Origin: Candidatus Heimdallarchaeota archaeon
GTDB taxonomy: Archaea; Asgardarchaeota; Heimdallarchaeia; Hodarchaeales; Hodarchaeaceae
Assembly: GCA_048881705.1 (NCBI GenBank)
Contig: JBHLSH010000009.1
Location: forward strand, 1 to 64,000
Direction of reading: 5' to 3'
Length of the DNA stretch: 64,000 nt
Positions 10,323 through 19,347 of this stretch are shown here, in pieces. Position 1 is the stretch's first letter; the number at the start of each line of letters is the position of its first letter. A program made the position numbers and the translations under genes. The notes under the pieces were generated by a model. The model ran no database searches and was not told where the DNA came from. It worked only from the letters and a program-made list of their open reading frames with translations.

Positions 10323-11570
10323 TTAAGCTAAGTCATCTGGGGACACGCCACGAAGAACACGAGGCAGCAGGGAAGGATTGGGGCGTTTCCTAAATTCAGT
10401 TCGTCCTATAAAAAGTCTTAATATATCATTTCCACCCCCAGTAACTAATGTAAGCAATGCATTCTTAAGAATGGAAGCGGCCTGAAATTCTTCGGTATAC
10501 CCATCACCTGAAAGAATGAATAGAACATCCTCTGCAATACGTATTAATGCTTCAGTAGAGAAAATCTTGCAGGCAGCTGCATCAACGCCAAATTGAAACA
10601 AGTCTGCGTCTTCACTATCCAATTGCGCAGCCAATGTATATAGATAGGCTCGCGTTACCTTTAATCTAATTGATGCATCCGCCATTCTGAGCTGGACGGC
10701 CTGCCACCGTGAAACCGCCTGACCGAACTGAACTCGTCGTCTTCCAAAGGCTCGGGCTGTTTCGATCAGCTGACGAGCTTGGCCGACTGTTGCAGCAATC
10801 CCTAATCGTTCAATATTGAGGCCCGAAGTCATGACTGTCCAGCCATCCCCTTCGAACAATATCATGTTGTCTTCTGGTATTAGTACATCCCGAAAGCGAA
10901 TAACGCTGTTGTACATTTCTACATCCCCTGTAAGATCGTTGATTTTTTCAATTGTAATTCCAGGGGAATCTCGTGGAATGATGAATGCAGTTAAGTGAGA
11001 ATGAGTGGCCCTTGCTTCCTCTGATGGATCCGTCAAAGTATAGACCATAAGGTAATCGGCCTTTGCTCCGAGTGTGATAAATCGTTTCCATCCATTAAGG
11101 AGATATTCATTGTCTCCCTGTTTTTTCGCACGAAGTTGGATGTTGGCTGCATCATTTCCTACGTCTGGTTCAGTTACACAAATGGCAGTCCACTTTTCTC
11201 CCTTAATCATAGGTACCAGAAATTTTTCTTTCTGTTCAGGCGATCCAAATAAATGAACGGGGCTTCCTCCAAAGACTGTCGTAAGTAATGGGTTGACGTT
11301 TAGAAAACATCTTCCAAATTCTTCATTAAGAATTGTATAGCCCGTGAATCCTTCATTTCGTCCTCCGTAATCCTCCCCCACCAGCATTGCCAGAGGATGG
11401 AATCCTTTATCCACCACGAATTTACTTAGATCCCATTGTACTTTCATTGCCTCTCGATAATCCATTTTATCAGCTTGGGGTCGTAATTCTGAGTCTACAA
11501 ATGCTTCCACTTCTGCCGCAAACTGCTTGTTTTTCTCAGTCCACCATGGAAAACCTTTCATTCGATACAC
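10323..11570 (-). CDS. acyl-CoA dehydrogenase
   Basis: CVTEPDVGND, LNGWKRFIT, GRRRVQFGQAV, LSGDGY. Confidence 0.93.
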   Translation of the reverse strand: MYRMKGFPWWTEKNKQFAAEVEAFVDSELRPQADKMDYREAMKVQWDLSKFVVDKGFHPLAMLVGEDYGGRNEGFTGYTILNEEFGRCFLNVNPLLTTVFGGSPVHLFGSPEQKEKFLVPMIKGEKWTAICVTEPDVGNDAANIQLRAKKQGDNEYLLNGWKRFITLGAKADYLMVYTLTDPSEEARATHSHLTAFIIPRDSPGITIEKINDLTGDVEMYNSVIRFRDVLIPEDNMILFEGDGWTVMTSGLNIERLGIAATVGQARQLIETARAFGRRRVQFGQAVSRWQAVQLRMADASIRLKVTRAYLYTLAAQLDSEDADLFQFGVDAAACKIFSTEALIRIAEDVLFILSGDGYTEEFQAASILKNALLTLVTGGGNDILRLFIGRTEFRKRPNPSLLPRVLRGVSPDDLA

Positions 11571-11587
11571 CTTTTGTAAACAATGGG

Positions 11588-11860
11588 TTAAATACCATAC
11601 CGCAACTTAACATTTCCGAATTTGTTAAGGCCATCCACCGTGATTTTTGCTAATTTGATTTTTCCTCGGTAATCACTCCAAAGATGCACAAATCCCTCCT
11701 GTTGCAGTGTCTGGAGGGTTTCATCAAGTAAGGTATCCGATTCGATACCTAATTTCTCCATTATATCCTCCCGTTCGCTATGAAGTGATTGAGAGTATTC
11801 AAATTCCCGTACCAGCAAATTTAAAATGGCTTCTTTGAGATCAGCTGACATAGCTATCAC
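11588..11860 (-). CDS. small winged-helix protein
   Basis: IMEKLGI...LDETLQTLQQEGFV...KITVDG wHTH pattern; first gene of the acyl-CoA operon. Confidence 0.7.
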   Translation of the reverse strand: MIAMSADLKEAILNLLVREFEYSQSLHSEREDIMEKLGIESDTLLDETLQTLQQEGFVHLWSDYRGKIKLAKITVDGLNKFGNVKLRYGI

Positions 11861-12188
11861 CGCCTCGTGATTGGAAATAACAAATCAATCTCGCTTATTA
11901 ATATTTCTTCAATAGCAAGTGCATAACTACTTTACATTAGCATGCACTTGTTTACACTCCTAGGTCTTTTCCAACGCGCCATAAGGAGTACAGCTGTGTT
12001 TAGGTTTAAGCAGAACACAATTTTTATCTATGGATTAACCAGTCCGCCTTAAATGCATCATTGTAAACAAAAAACCAAGCTTAGCCAATATCAACAATAA
12101 GAAAACCCGATATTCCCATATCACAAACTTGTTGCCACGATTCATCCAACTGATCCAAGGAATGTTAATTCTCTTAGATCGTAGGAAA

Positions 12189-12761
12189 TCACGGTTTAAT
12201 TTTTGAAATGTCGCCAATTGTACTGTAACTGCCAAAATCTAGAGAAATTATTGGATCCAATAGCTCATATCTCTTTTGATGATCTTTTGTATTGATAATA
12301 TCTTCCCAAATGTGGGCGGCAACTATTTCACCAAATATAACGAACCCTGATCCCACTTGTGTCGTACCATGAAGTATACACTCCAAATTCGCTCTACATT
12401 CCTCAATCAGAGGAGCATCTACTTTCGATGCTCCAGTCATGGTGAATCCAGTTTTTTTAATTCGGTCATCCCCTTCCCATCTTGTAGACTCGTACGCCCT
12501 TTCCCCAATGGAAGAATCAACTATATTTACTCCAAAACATTTTTTTATGAGTATATTTCGTTCCGTAGGACTCTTCTTCCTTCCAGAAAACATCAGGATC
12601 GATGGTTTCAAGGAAACCACGGATAAAAAACTCATCGGAGCAATATTTGGGGCGTGATTTTCATCATATGTAGAAATAAGAGCCACGGGGCCTACGAGTA
12701 AATTCGGATTCCAATCTGCCCTGTTGACTCCATATTCCACCTTGGTAATTCCAGATCGCAT
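12189..12761 (-). CDS. flavin reductase (DIM6/NTAB) family protein
   Basis: PVALIST, NIAPMS, APLIEECRANLEC. Confidence 0.88.
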   Translation of the reverse strand: MRSGITKVEYGVNRADWNPNLLVGPVALISTYDENHAPNIAPMSFLSVVSLKPSILMFSGRKKSPTERNILIKKCFGVNIVDSSIGERAYESTRWEGDDRIKKTGFTMTGASKVDAPLIEECRANLECILHGTTQVGSGFVIFGEIVAAHIWEDIINTKDHQKRYELLDPIISLDFGSYSTIGDISKIKP

Positions 12762-12903
12762 TTTATGTCTAACCTTGGTTTATTTTCTCTATTTTATCAA
12801 CTAAAACTCGATAATCCTCGTTGAAAACCCTGTACCTTTAATGATGACCAGTTCAATCGAATTGGTGAACTTCCTAAGAACCTTGTTTGGAAAAGAAGAT
12901 CAT

Positions 12904-13530
12904 TTACCGTCCACCAGGGTTTATTGGGGCTTGCTCCCATTCACGGAGAAATTCCATGGATTGACGAGCTTGGTGTAGGACTGCAAATCGAGTGACCTGT
13001 CTCCCCAGCTCTTTCAATCGGTGGCCTATCGTAGGGTCCTTTAGGTTTCCCATATCATCGAACTGCTTATAGGCAGAGGGGATAGACACTTGTAGAGGAA
13101 CCACCCAGGCATGCACCTGTCTACCAACCGAACGGAGCCCGTCCAAAGCGAGAGTGGATCCCATTGACCCACCAGCTATCCCAACAAGCCCTACCATCTT
13201 AGATTCGAATTCATCAAATCCCATGAGATCGAGTGCGTTTTTGAGTACTCCGCTGAAGGTCCCGTGATAGTCAGGGGTCCCAAGAATAATTCCTTCTGCT
13301 TCTCGTACCTCATGACGAAGTTTAAAGACATCTTCGGGCAGATCACTGCTGTTCTCATACTGCTTGCAGAAAGGTAGATTGTAGTAACGGAGATCGATAA
13401 GATGGATCTCTGCTCCCAGCTCCTCAGCACCCTCTAAGGCAATTTGCAATGCCATTCGGGTGTAACTCTTTGATCTAAGACTGCCACAGATAGCAACAAC
13501 CTTGACACTCTCTCGTGATGAAATAGACAC
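12904..13530 (-). CDS. NADPH-dependent FMN reductase
   Basis: ICGSLRSKSYT, TPDYHGTFSGVLKNALD. Confidence 0.92.
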   Translation of the reverse strand: MSISSRESVKVVAICGSLRSKSYTRMALQIALEGAEELGAEIHLIDLRYYNLPFCKQYENSSDLPEDVFKLRHEVREAEGIILGTPDYHGTFSGVLKNALDLMGFDEFESKMVGLVGIAGGSMGSTLALDGLRSVGRQVHAWVVPLQVSIPSAYKQFDDMGNLKDPTIGHRLKELGRQVTRFAVLHQARQSMEFLREWEQAPINPGGR

Positions 13531-13574
13531 TTCGACACCGTCCTACTGTTCTTAGACGTCAACAATATATTGTT

Positions 13575-13829
13575 TCAAAAAGTAATTCTAAATCCATCAT
13601 CCTTTTTTCGCAACTTAAGGATACCGTTCTGAAAACCCTTCCTAACCAGGTAATTTATAGCACTTAGGACTGGCTCATATTGGTACTTGCCTTCCTGCCT
13701 CATCGAGGCGGCCTGTCCATGGACAGATCTTGCCCTCTCTTCACAGGCTGTTAACGTCTTTGCGGAAGTCTCGGTAACGAGAATAAGTGAAGTGATTTGA
13801 GAGGGGCCAAAACAATGGAAATAGCCCAA
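13575..13829 (-). CDS. possible small hypothetical protein
   Basis: TTG-started 84-aa ORF, no motif. Confidence 0.25.
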   Translation of the reverse strand: MGYFHCFGPSQITSLILVTETSAKTLTACEERARSVHGQAASMRQEGKYQYEPVLSAINYLVRKGFQNGILKLRKKDDGFRITF

Positions 13830-13870
13830 CCTTCTTCAGGTGATTCGTTTCAGAAATGGGCTTCGAGAGC

Positions 13871-14044
13871 CTATTCACGTCGTTTCATAATATAATTCAG
13901 CAGGTTTTTGATGGATAGCTCTTCTATCTCCTCGGCGGCTAATTTTGACTGGACATCATAAGGATGAAAGGATAGAAACCTTATAACTTCCTGGATAGAA
14001 AGAGAGGGCCTTTTTTGTTCCTCTGTGGCCGAAAAGTCCAACAA
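13871..14044 (-). CDS. possible small helical protein (57 aa, not in ORF track)
   Basis: TTG start after AAGGT; ...LSIQEVIRFLSFHPYDVQSKLAAEEIEELSIKNLLNYIMKRRE; co-oriented with ctaA. Confidence 0.35.
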   Translation of the reverse strand: MLDFSATEEQKRPSLSIQEVIRFLSFHPYDVQSKLAAEEIEELSIKNLLNYIMKRRE

Positions 14045-14148
14045 TACCTTTCAGTATAATCTAATGCCGTTTGTTATAAGCACAAGAGCTTTCGAAAATT
14101 TCCGAATTCAGAGCCCGTCATCTGATACAGAAAGGTATGTGTCTTATT

Positions 14149-14637
14149 CTAAGCTAATTCCTGCTGAAGCCAGAGTGTATGGATTATGGCTAATCCAAAG
14201 ATTGAAACTCCGAGTGTTAAGTGAATAGCGCCAATTAGCACATTTTCCAATTGTGTCAAGATCACCAGGCCTCCTACTATTATTTCTCCTATCAATAAAA
14301 CGCTGATCAATACGACTAGCTTGAACAGGCGAGGAACCTCATCACGAAAGTTATATGAAAAGAGAAATGTGAGTCCGACGGTTATCGATAATGTACCTGC
14401 TATTATTCTATGGCCGTATTCACCAACCAAGTGAGATATGGGAGTATTAGGGGCATCAAAAGGAATAATCTGACCATGACACAATGGCCAATCTGGGCAG
14501 CCCAATCCGCCTCCAATTGCTTTAGTAATATTGCCCCAAATCATTAAAATGAGAGTTACAACAGGTATCACGTAAGAGAGCTTTTGATAATAACTTTTAT
14601 TGCCAAGTATGCTCCTAAAATCCATTATTCCACCCAT
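14149..14637 (-). CDS. ctaA: short (half-size) heme A synthase, COX15/CtaA family
   Basis: GGGLGCPDWPLCHG, EYGHR, HLTLG; only about 4 TM helices. Confidence 0.85.
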   Translation of the reverse strand: MGGIMDFRSILGNKSYYQKLSYVIPVVTLILMIWGNITKAIGGGLGCPDWPLCHGQIIPFDAPNTPISHLVGEYGHRIIAGTLSITVGLTFLFSYNFRDEVPRLFKLVVLISVLLIGEIIVGGLVILTQLENVLIGAIHLTLGVSIFGLAIIHTLWLQQELA

Positions 14638-14794
14638 TGGTGCTATCTAAACGCTATATAAAATTAATGTTCCTCGATTTACGTTCAGAATGAACGCCCG
14701 CGAATAGGGCAGATTTTCAAATATTACCCGTTTTAAAGCATAGAACAAAGATAGGCTAGGTATATCGAAATTTTTCTGACTGAATCATCAAGGA

Positions 14795-15215
14795 ATGGAA
14801 ATCATTGAACTTAAAGATTTTCGCCATTGAAACCTTTGAAATCGCGGAATGGAATGTCCTAAAAGCTATATACAGGTTAAAGCCAAGGGATTTTGAAAAA
14901 CAGATAACATCAAATCTAAATCCAAATCAATTCCTTGAATTCTATTAAACTGGCATTGACTACAGGAAGAACCTGCCAGAAGATAAGTTTATGGAATTGC
15001 CAGTGTATAATACTAAAGAAAATGCAGAAACAATGGCTGAATTGATACAAAGGATTTTTCTTCACTTCCTGGGTCACACTGGACAGATTTACCAAGTTAA
15101 AAGAGAATTAGGGAAGGGAGGTACATTTGTCATGGGAATAAAGAAGAAAAATCGGGACGATAGCAGAGCCAAATGGTTTTCTTGGTGGAACACTAACAAG
15201 GATAATTACCTTTGA
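14795..15215 (+). pseudogene. DinB/YfiT-like protein pseudogene
   Basis: ATG at 14795, frameshift in the GATTTTC run near 14817-14822, in-frame TAA at 14946-14948, C-terminal HFLGHTGQI motif. Confidence 0.65.
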
Positions 15216-15411
15216 TCTGAAATACCGAATCATATACGCTTTCATAAAATCATCGAGAGCCAATATCAGGAGGAATATAGAAAAAATTACAGATTCTGAG
15301 TTGGACGATAAAATTACCAATCTTAAGAGCTCTATTATTCAGTTAAAGGAGTTTAAAATGTAAAAGGACTGAAGGAAGAAAAAAGGGCTAAAAAAAAGTT
15401 ACTAAGGTACC

Positions 15412-15741
15412 TCAAACTACTGGATCCCTTTCTAGAGGTTTCCAGAGATATTTTTTGAAATCAATTCTGTCCTTTTCATTGAATACAATTCCTTCAGCTT
15501 CCAACATGGCTTTCTGCTCTTCATATCCATGGTTATGTGGCAATGAGATTCTTCCTTTGCTATTAATAACACGATGCCAGGGTAGGTCATCTTTTCGTGA
15601 GGATGAATGCAAAATCCAAGCCACTTGTCGGGAACCCCGTGGATTACCCGCATATGTGGCAATCTGGCCATAGGTAGCTATAAAGCCTGCAGGGATACTC
15701 TTGATCAAATTTTTAACCTGCTGCGTGAATGTAGTACTCAT
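15412..15741 (-). CDS. alkyltransferase-like (ATL/YbaZ) DNA-binding protein
   Basis: IPAGFIATYGQIA...PWHRVIN; W replaces the catalytic C of PCHR. Confidence 0.9.
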   Translation of the reverse strand: MSTTFTQQVKNLIKSIPAGFIATYGQIATYAGNPRGSRQVAWILHSSSRKDDLPWHRVINSKGRISLPHNHGYEEQKAMLEAEGIVFNEKDRIDFKKYLWKPLERDPVV

Positions 15742-15759
15742 AAAAAACCTCTATTAGTA

Positions 15760-17610
15760 TTAGGGCCTTCTAACGTATCTGTTCGCGATTCTTCGGAGAC
15801 TAATATCACGCAGGAGATGATATTGACGGAGTTTTTCGATACTTGCTGGTGAAAACGCTGAGAGAGGTATGTAGACAATGCGTTTTCCCTGTTTTCCTGC
15901 ATATGCCTGTACATGTCTGGAAGGTGAATCTTTCGCTACGTACACAACTAGCTTTTCTCTTGCCCATGAAATACCATTTAGCAGTAGAACATCAGGAGGA
16001 CGTTCCGAACTAAATTCTGGATGAATTCTGATTCCTCGAGGTGGAAATACTGAAGTACACCCTCCTATCTCTACCCGTGAGATACCTGGACCGACAAGTT
16101 GTTCTCCAGGCGCGGTAGAATAGAGGAGAAGATCGGATTCTCGGGAATGTTCAGCATACAGGATTTCCCAAAATGGATATTTGCTAATTTGAGGATCAAA
16201 CACGATTACAACAACATCTGTGGTTCCTGGAAATGGAGGGAACTCTCGGACATACAGTTTTCCAGTATGAACGTTTCGGATCGTTTCTCGATAATCTATT
16301 CCATCTAGTAGTGACGAGGTAAACTCAAAGGTCCTGGTTTTTTCAGTGGTTACCGTTCGTTTTGCCTTCCGACGAACAAAGTCGAAATATCCTTCATGAT
16401 ACTGCTCATCGGGCACATGCCCCCATAATCCACCCCCTATATCCCAGATCTCCCGCCATTGACCTGGGTAATCTTCTTTGGGACGTTCACGAAGCCATCG
16501 ATGGATATCTGCCTCGTGATGAGTGAATAATCGAGGTAAATGACGGCGGAGGCGAATGGTTTCCCCATCCAGGAGCCCAAAAGTTGGTTGGATGTCCATG
16601 AGGGGGAGATCGCTCGGTGGGGAATCATTTGGGGGAAATTTTTTCCCAGAAGTGTAAACGTCCCAAGCGTAGTCATCCGAAACGCAGGCCTTTGCAGCTC
16701 GGATGATTTCCATGAAATCAGGAAAATACAAGTCTTTTACTAGAGCGAGATTTCGAGAATACTGCATTAAGAGTTTGTACTGCGTCACGCTGAGCTTTTG
16801 ACCAGTGAAATCATTGTATGAAAGTTCTGCATCTTTGTATAGATCGCGCAATGCCAAACCCTTTGAGAATTGATCCTTTTGCTTCGTATAAAGCCAAGTG
16901 AAAAGGGGAATTTCCCCAAGGATTCGAGACAAGGAATCTGGAGTCGGTATAGCTAGTTTGACGGCATTTAAATCAAATCGGAACTGTTTTGGGGTTAATG
17001 GTATTTTTTGCGTTGGCTGTTCTAGCCAGCTGACGATATGTTGCCAATGGGCAATACCTCCCACCCATAGTACTCGTTCTGCTGTGTCCATGAGTTCATA
17101 AAGACGATGAGCCATCACAGCTTCACGAGTCTTATCTAACGACGATCGAGTGTAGTTAGAGAGTGTAGGTTTAATGAGATCAATAAACTGGGTTAATTTA
17201 AGGGAATTCAAAGTATACGGGTCTGGGAATGGTGAAAAAGGAGCTGGGGCCGCCGAATCGATTAGCATATCAATAAAATACGTGTGAATATCATTTTCCT
17301 CCGCTAGTCGAAGCGCTTCTACCATTGAATCGCAGGGATCGATGGGTAAAAAGGTGGTCATCCCTCCTTGAGGCAATAAATTAGGGAAGAGTAGGACTGT
17401 TACCACAGGTAACCGTTTAATTCCATTTAAAAATGTGTCACGGATAAACGGGGGGAGTTCCACCGCAATGACATCGGGAACTATCTCGAAGAAAGCTTGT
17501 CGAACCTTTAGCGCAAATTCCACTGAGAAATGAGCAGATGGCACACCATAAAGATTTTCATACTGTAAATAGTCTTGATCAGCCATTAAACTTTCCTGCT
17601 TCCTGTTCAC
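15760..17610 (-). CDS. conserved hypothetical protein, TraB/DUF5682-like N-terminal domain; AAA ATPase partner
   Basis: HFSVEFA...PDVIAVELP, REAVMAHRL, VGGIAHW; C-terminal DGIDYRETIRN; overlaps the AAA gene. Confidence 0.7.
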   Translation of the reverse strand: MNRKQESLMADQDYLQYENLYGVPSAHFSVEFALKVRQAFFEIVPDVIAVELPPFIRDTFLNGIKRLPVVTVLLFPNLLPQGGMTTFLPIDPCDSMVEALRLAEENDIHTYFIDMLIDSAAPAPFSPFPDPYTLNSLKLTQFIDLIKPTLSNYTRSSLDKTREAVMAHRLYELMDTAERVLWVGGIAHWQHIVSWLEQPTQKIPLTPKQFRFDLNAVKLAIPTPDSLSRILGEIPLFTWLYTKQKDQFSKGLALRDLYKDAELSYNDFTGQKLSVTQYKLLMQYSRNLALVKDLYFPDFMEIIRAAKACVSDDYAWDVYTSGKKFPPNDSPPSDLPLMDIQPTFGLLDGETIRLRRHLPRLFTHHEADIHRWLRERPKEDYPGQWREIWDIGGGLWGHVPDEQYHEGYFDFVRRKAKRTVTTEKTRTFEFTSSLLDGIDYRETIRNVHTGKLYVREFPPFPGTTDVVVIVFDPQISKYPFWEILYAEHSRESDLLLYSTAPGEQLVGPGISRVEIGGCTSVFPPRGIRIHPEFSSERPPDVLLLNGISWAREKLVVYVAKDSPSRHVQAYAGKQGKRIVYIPLSAFSPASIEKLRQYHLLRDISLRRIANRYVRRP

Positions 17611-18460
17611 TCTGAAATTTGAAATCTAATGCATCCTGATCAATAATTTGGCGGATTGCTTGGTTTATATACTCGTCATGTGAGCGCTTGTGCATTGCGC
17701 CGAGCTTCAATGCATAACGCCCAATATTAACCCCATCTCTAACGGTATATGGCCGATCTTCTTCATGGGCAGCTTGGAGGAACGTTACGATCTGTTTAAC
17801 CAAATCATCAGGAGCAAACGGGAGGTTATACTTTATTATCTTATATTCATCTTCAGGCCCAGGAAATCCTACTTCGATGATTGGCTGGAGCCGAGAATCG
17901 ATATATTCTGGGATTTCATAGGTTGAAGCATCCTCGTTTACTGTTACGCAGGTACGGAAGTCAGGATGGGCATAAACGATAATTCCAGCAATAATACTTT
18001 CAATATATCTCCGATGATCTAAGAGCGGCGCCAAGGACGCCCAAGACTTTTCAGACATCCGATTTCCTTCATCCAAAATACAAATCCCCCCATAAATCAT
18101 GGCGGTGACAAGTGGGGAAGCGTGATACTTAATTTTTCCCTCAGCTGAAATTACTGGTGTTATCAGTAAATCTTCTGGACGTGTATCCATCGTACATTGG
18201 TAGATCCAGCAATTTTCGTTCAACAATTTGGCACAGGAAAACGCAAGAGTGGTCTTTCCAATCCCTGGTTTCCCAATTAGACGTGGGGTGAGGGGGAGAT
18301 CTTCTGGATCGACCTTAAGCCATGCTGCCAGAAGCTGGCGTTTCAAGGCATCCTGGCCTATCCATTCGGTTTTGAAATCGACGGGGGGGCTAAGAAACAA
18401 TTGAACTCCTTGGATCTCGGTAGTTTCAAAAGTAGGTTGCTGAGGCGGGGCGCTCATCAC
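17579..18460 (-). CDS. MoxR/CbbQ-like AAA+ ATPase
   Basis: GKPGIGKTT Walker A, ILDEGNR Walker B, SRLQP Arg finger. Confidence 0.9.
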   Translation of the reverse strand: MMSAPPQQPTFETTEIQGVQLFLSPPVDFKTEWIGQDALKRQLLAAWLKVDPEDLPLTPRLIGKPGIGKTTLAFSCAKLLNENCWIYQCTMDTRPEDLLITPVISAEGKIKYHASPLVTAMIYGGICILDEGNRMSEKSWASLAPLLDHRRYIESIIAGIIVYAHPDFRTCVTVNEDASTYEIPEYIDSRLQPIIEVGFPGPEDEYKIIKYNLPFAPDDLVKQIVTFLQAAHEEDRPYTVRDGVNIGRYALKLGAMHKRSHDEYINQAIRQIIDQDALDFKFQSEQEAGKFNG

Positions 18461-18496
18461 GTATTCTTCCGAGATTTGTGCTCATCTTTTCAGTGG

Positions 18497-18796
18497 TTAA
18501 TGTAGACTGCTCAGTTTTTCTAGACTCGGTCGGATATTTATATCCTTTAGAAGGCTTAACTCTCGTTGATCTGGGATGATCAACGTTTCATTCCAATAGA
18601 CAGCTTGGAATGAGATAAAATGGGGAAAAAAATCAGGGAATGCCCTCTCTGCAGCTCGATCATGCTCTTGGATAAGGCGGTTCCTTGAAATCGGCCATGA
18701 AATAGGGCAGTCTATCTTTGCCAGCTTAATCCAAAGTTTTATATCGCTATCTAAGTCAGGGTATTGATTGCACAGGTTGATTAATCTTGAGATCAT
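18497..18796 (-). CDS. hypothetical protein
   Basis: 99-aa ORF overlapping the ACT gene stop by 4 nt (translational coupling pattern). Confidence 0.45.
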   Translation of the reverse strand: MISRLINLCNQYPDLDSDIKLWIKLAKIDCPISWPISRNRLIQEHDRAAERAFPDFFPHFISFQAVYWNETLIIPDQRELSLLKDINIRPSLEKLSSLH

Positions 18797-19170
18797 AAGG
18801 ATGCTCGAGCTTTGTCTAAATCATCCACTCCGAAAACGGCGCCTCTGTATGAACCATAAAGAAGGTCAATATTAACACCAGCGTTTGCCATTCGCCGGCA
18901 TAATTCACCAAGCGAACCTGGTTTATCTTCAAGATCATGTACAAGTACTTCTCTTTCTTCTCGGACTTCAAATCCAGCTTTTTCAAGTACACTCTTGGCC
19001 GATGTTGCATCGTCTACCAAGATATGAAGAACACCTTCGCCTTCGCAGGGAAATCCACAAATCCCTTCCATATTGATATTTGCTTTTCCAAGCGCCTCAC
19101 CCAGATCAGCAAGTGTGCCAGGCTTATTTTGAAGTATTACGGTTAAATCTCTCATACTCATCAGCTCCAA
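18793..19170 (-). CDS. tandem ACT-domain protein
   Basis: two NKPGTL/DKPGSL...G(I/V)NI repeats. Confidence 0.9.
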   Translation of the reverse strand: MELMSMRDLTVILQNKPGTLADLGEALGKANINMEGICGFPCEGEGVLHILVDDATSAKSVLEKAGFEVREEREVLVHDLEDKPGSLGELCRRMANAGVNIDLLYGSYRGAVFGVDDLDKARASL

Positions 19171-19347
19171 TCATGTTTTTTGTATAATTTTCGAAATTGC
19201 CTTCTGTGATCTTATAATTGTTGTGTCCAGAAAAACGTCAAAAATGGGTAGTGTCAGTATCCAAAAGTTTCTTACCTGTATCTTTCGTAAATCTAGGGAT
19301 TATACGCCGTCTAATACCGAAAAAATCCCATGATCGAAACTTCAGGA

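Noticed and set aside
14946-14948. Recoded stop (Sec/Pyl) in the DinB-like gene
   Set aside because: The stop is TAA and a frameshift is also present, so this is simple decay
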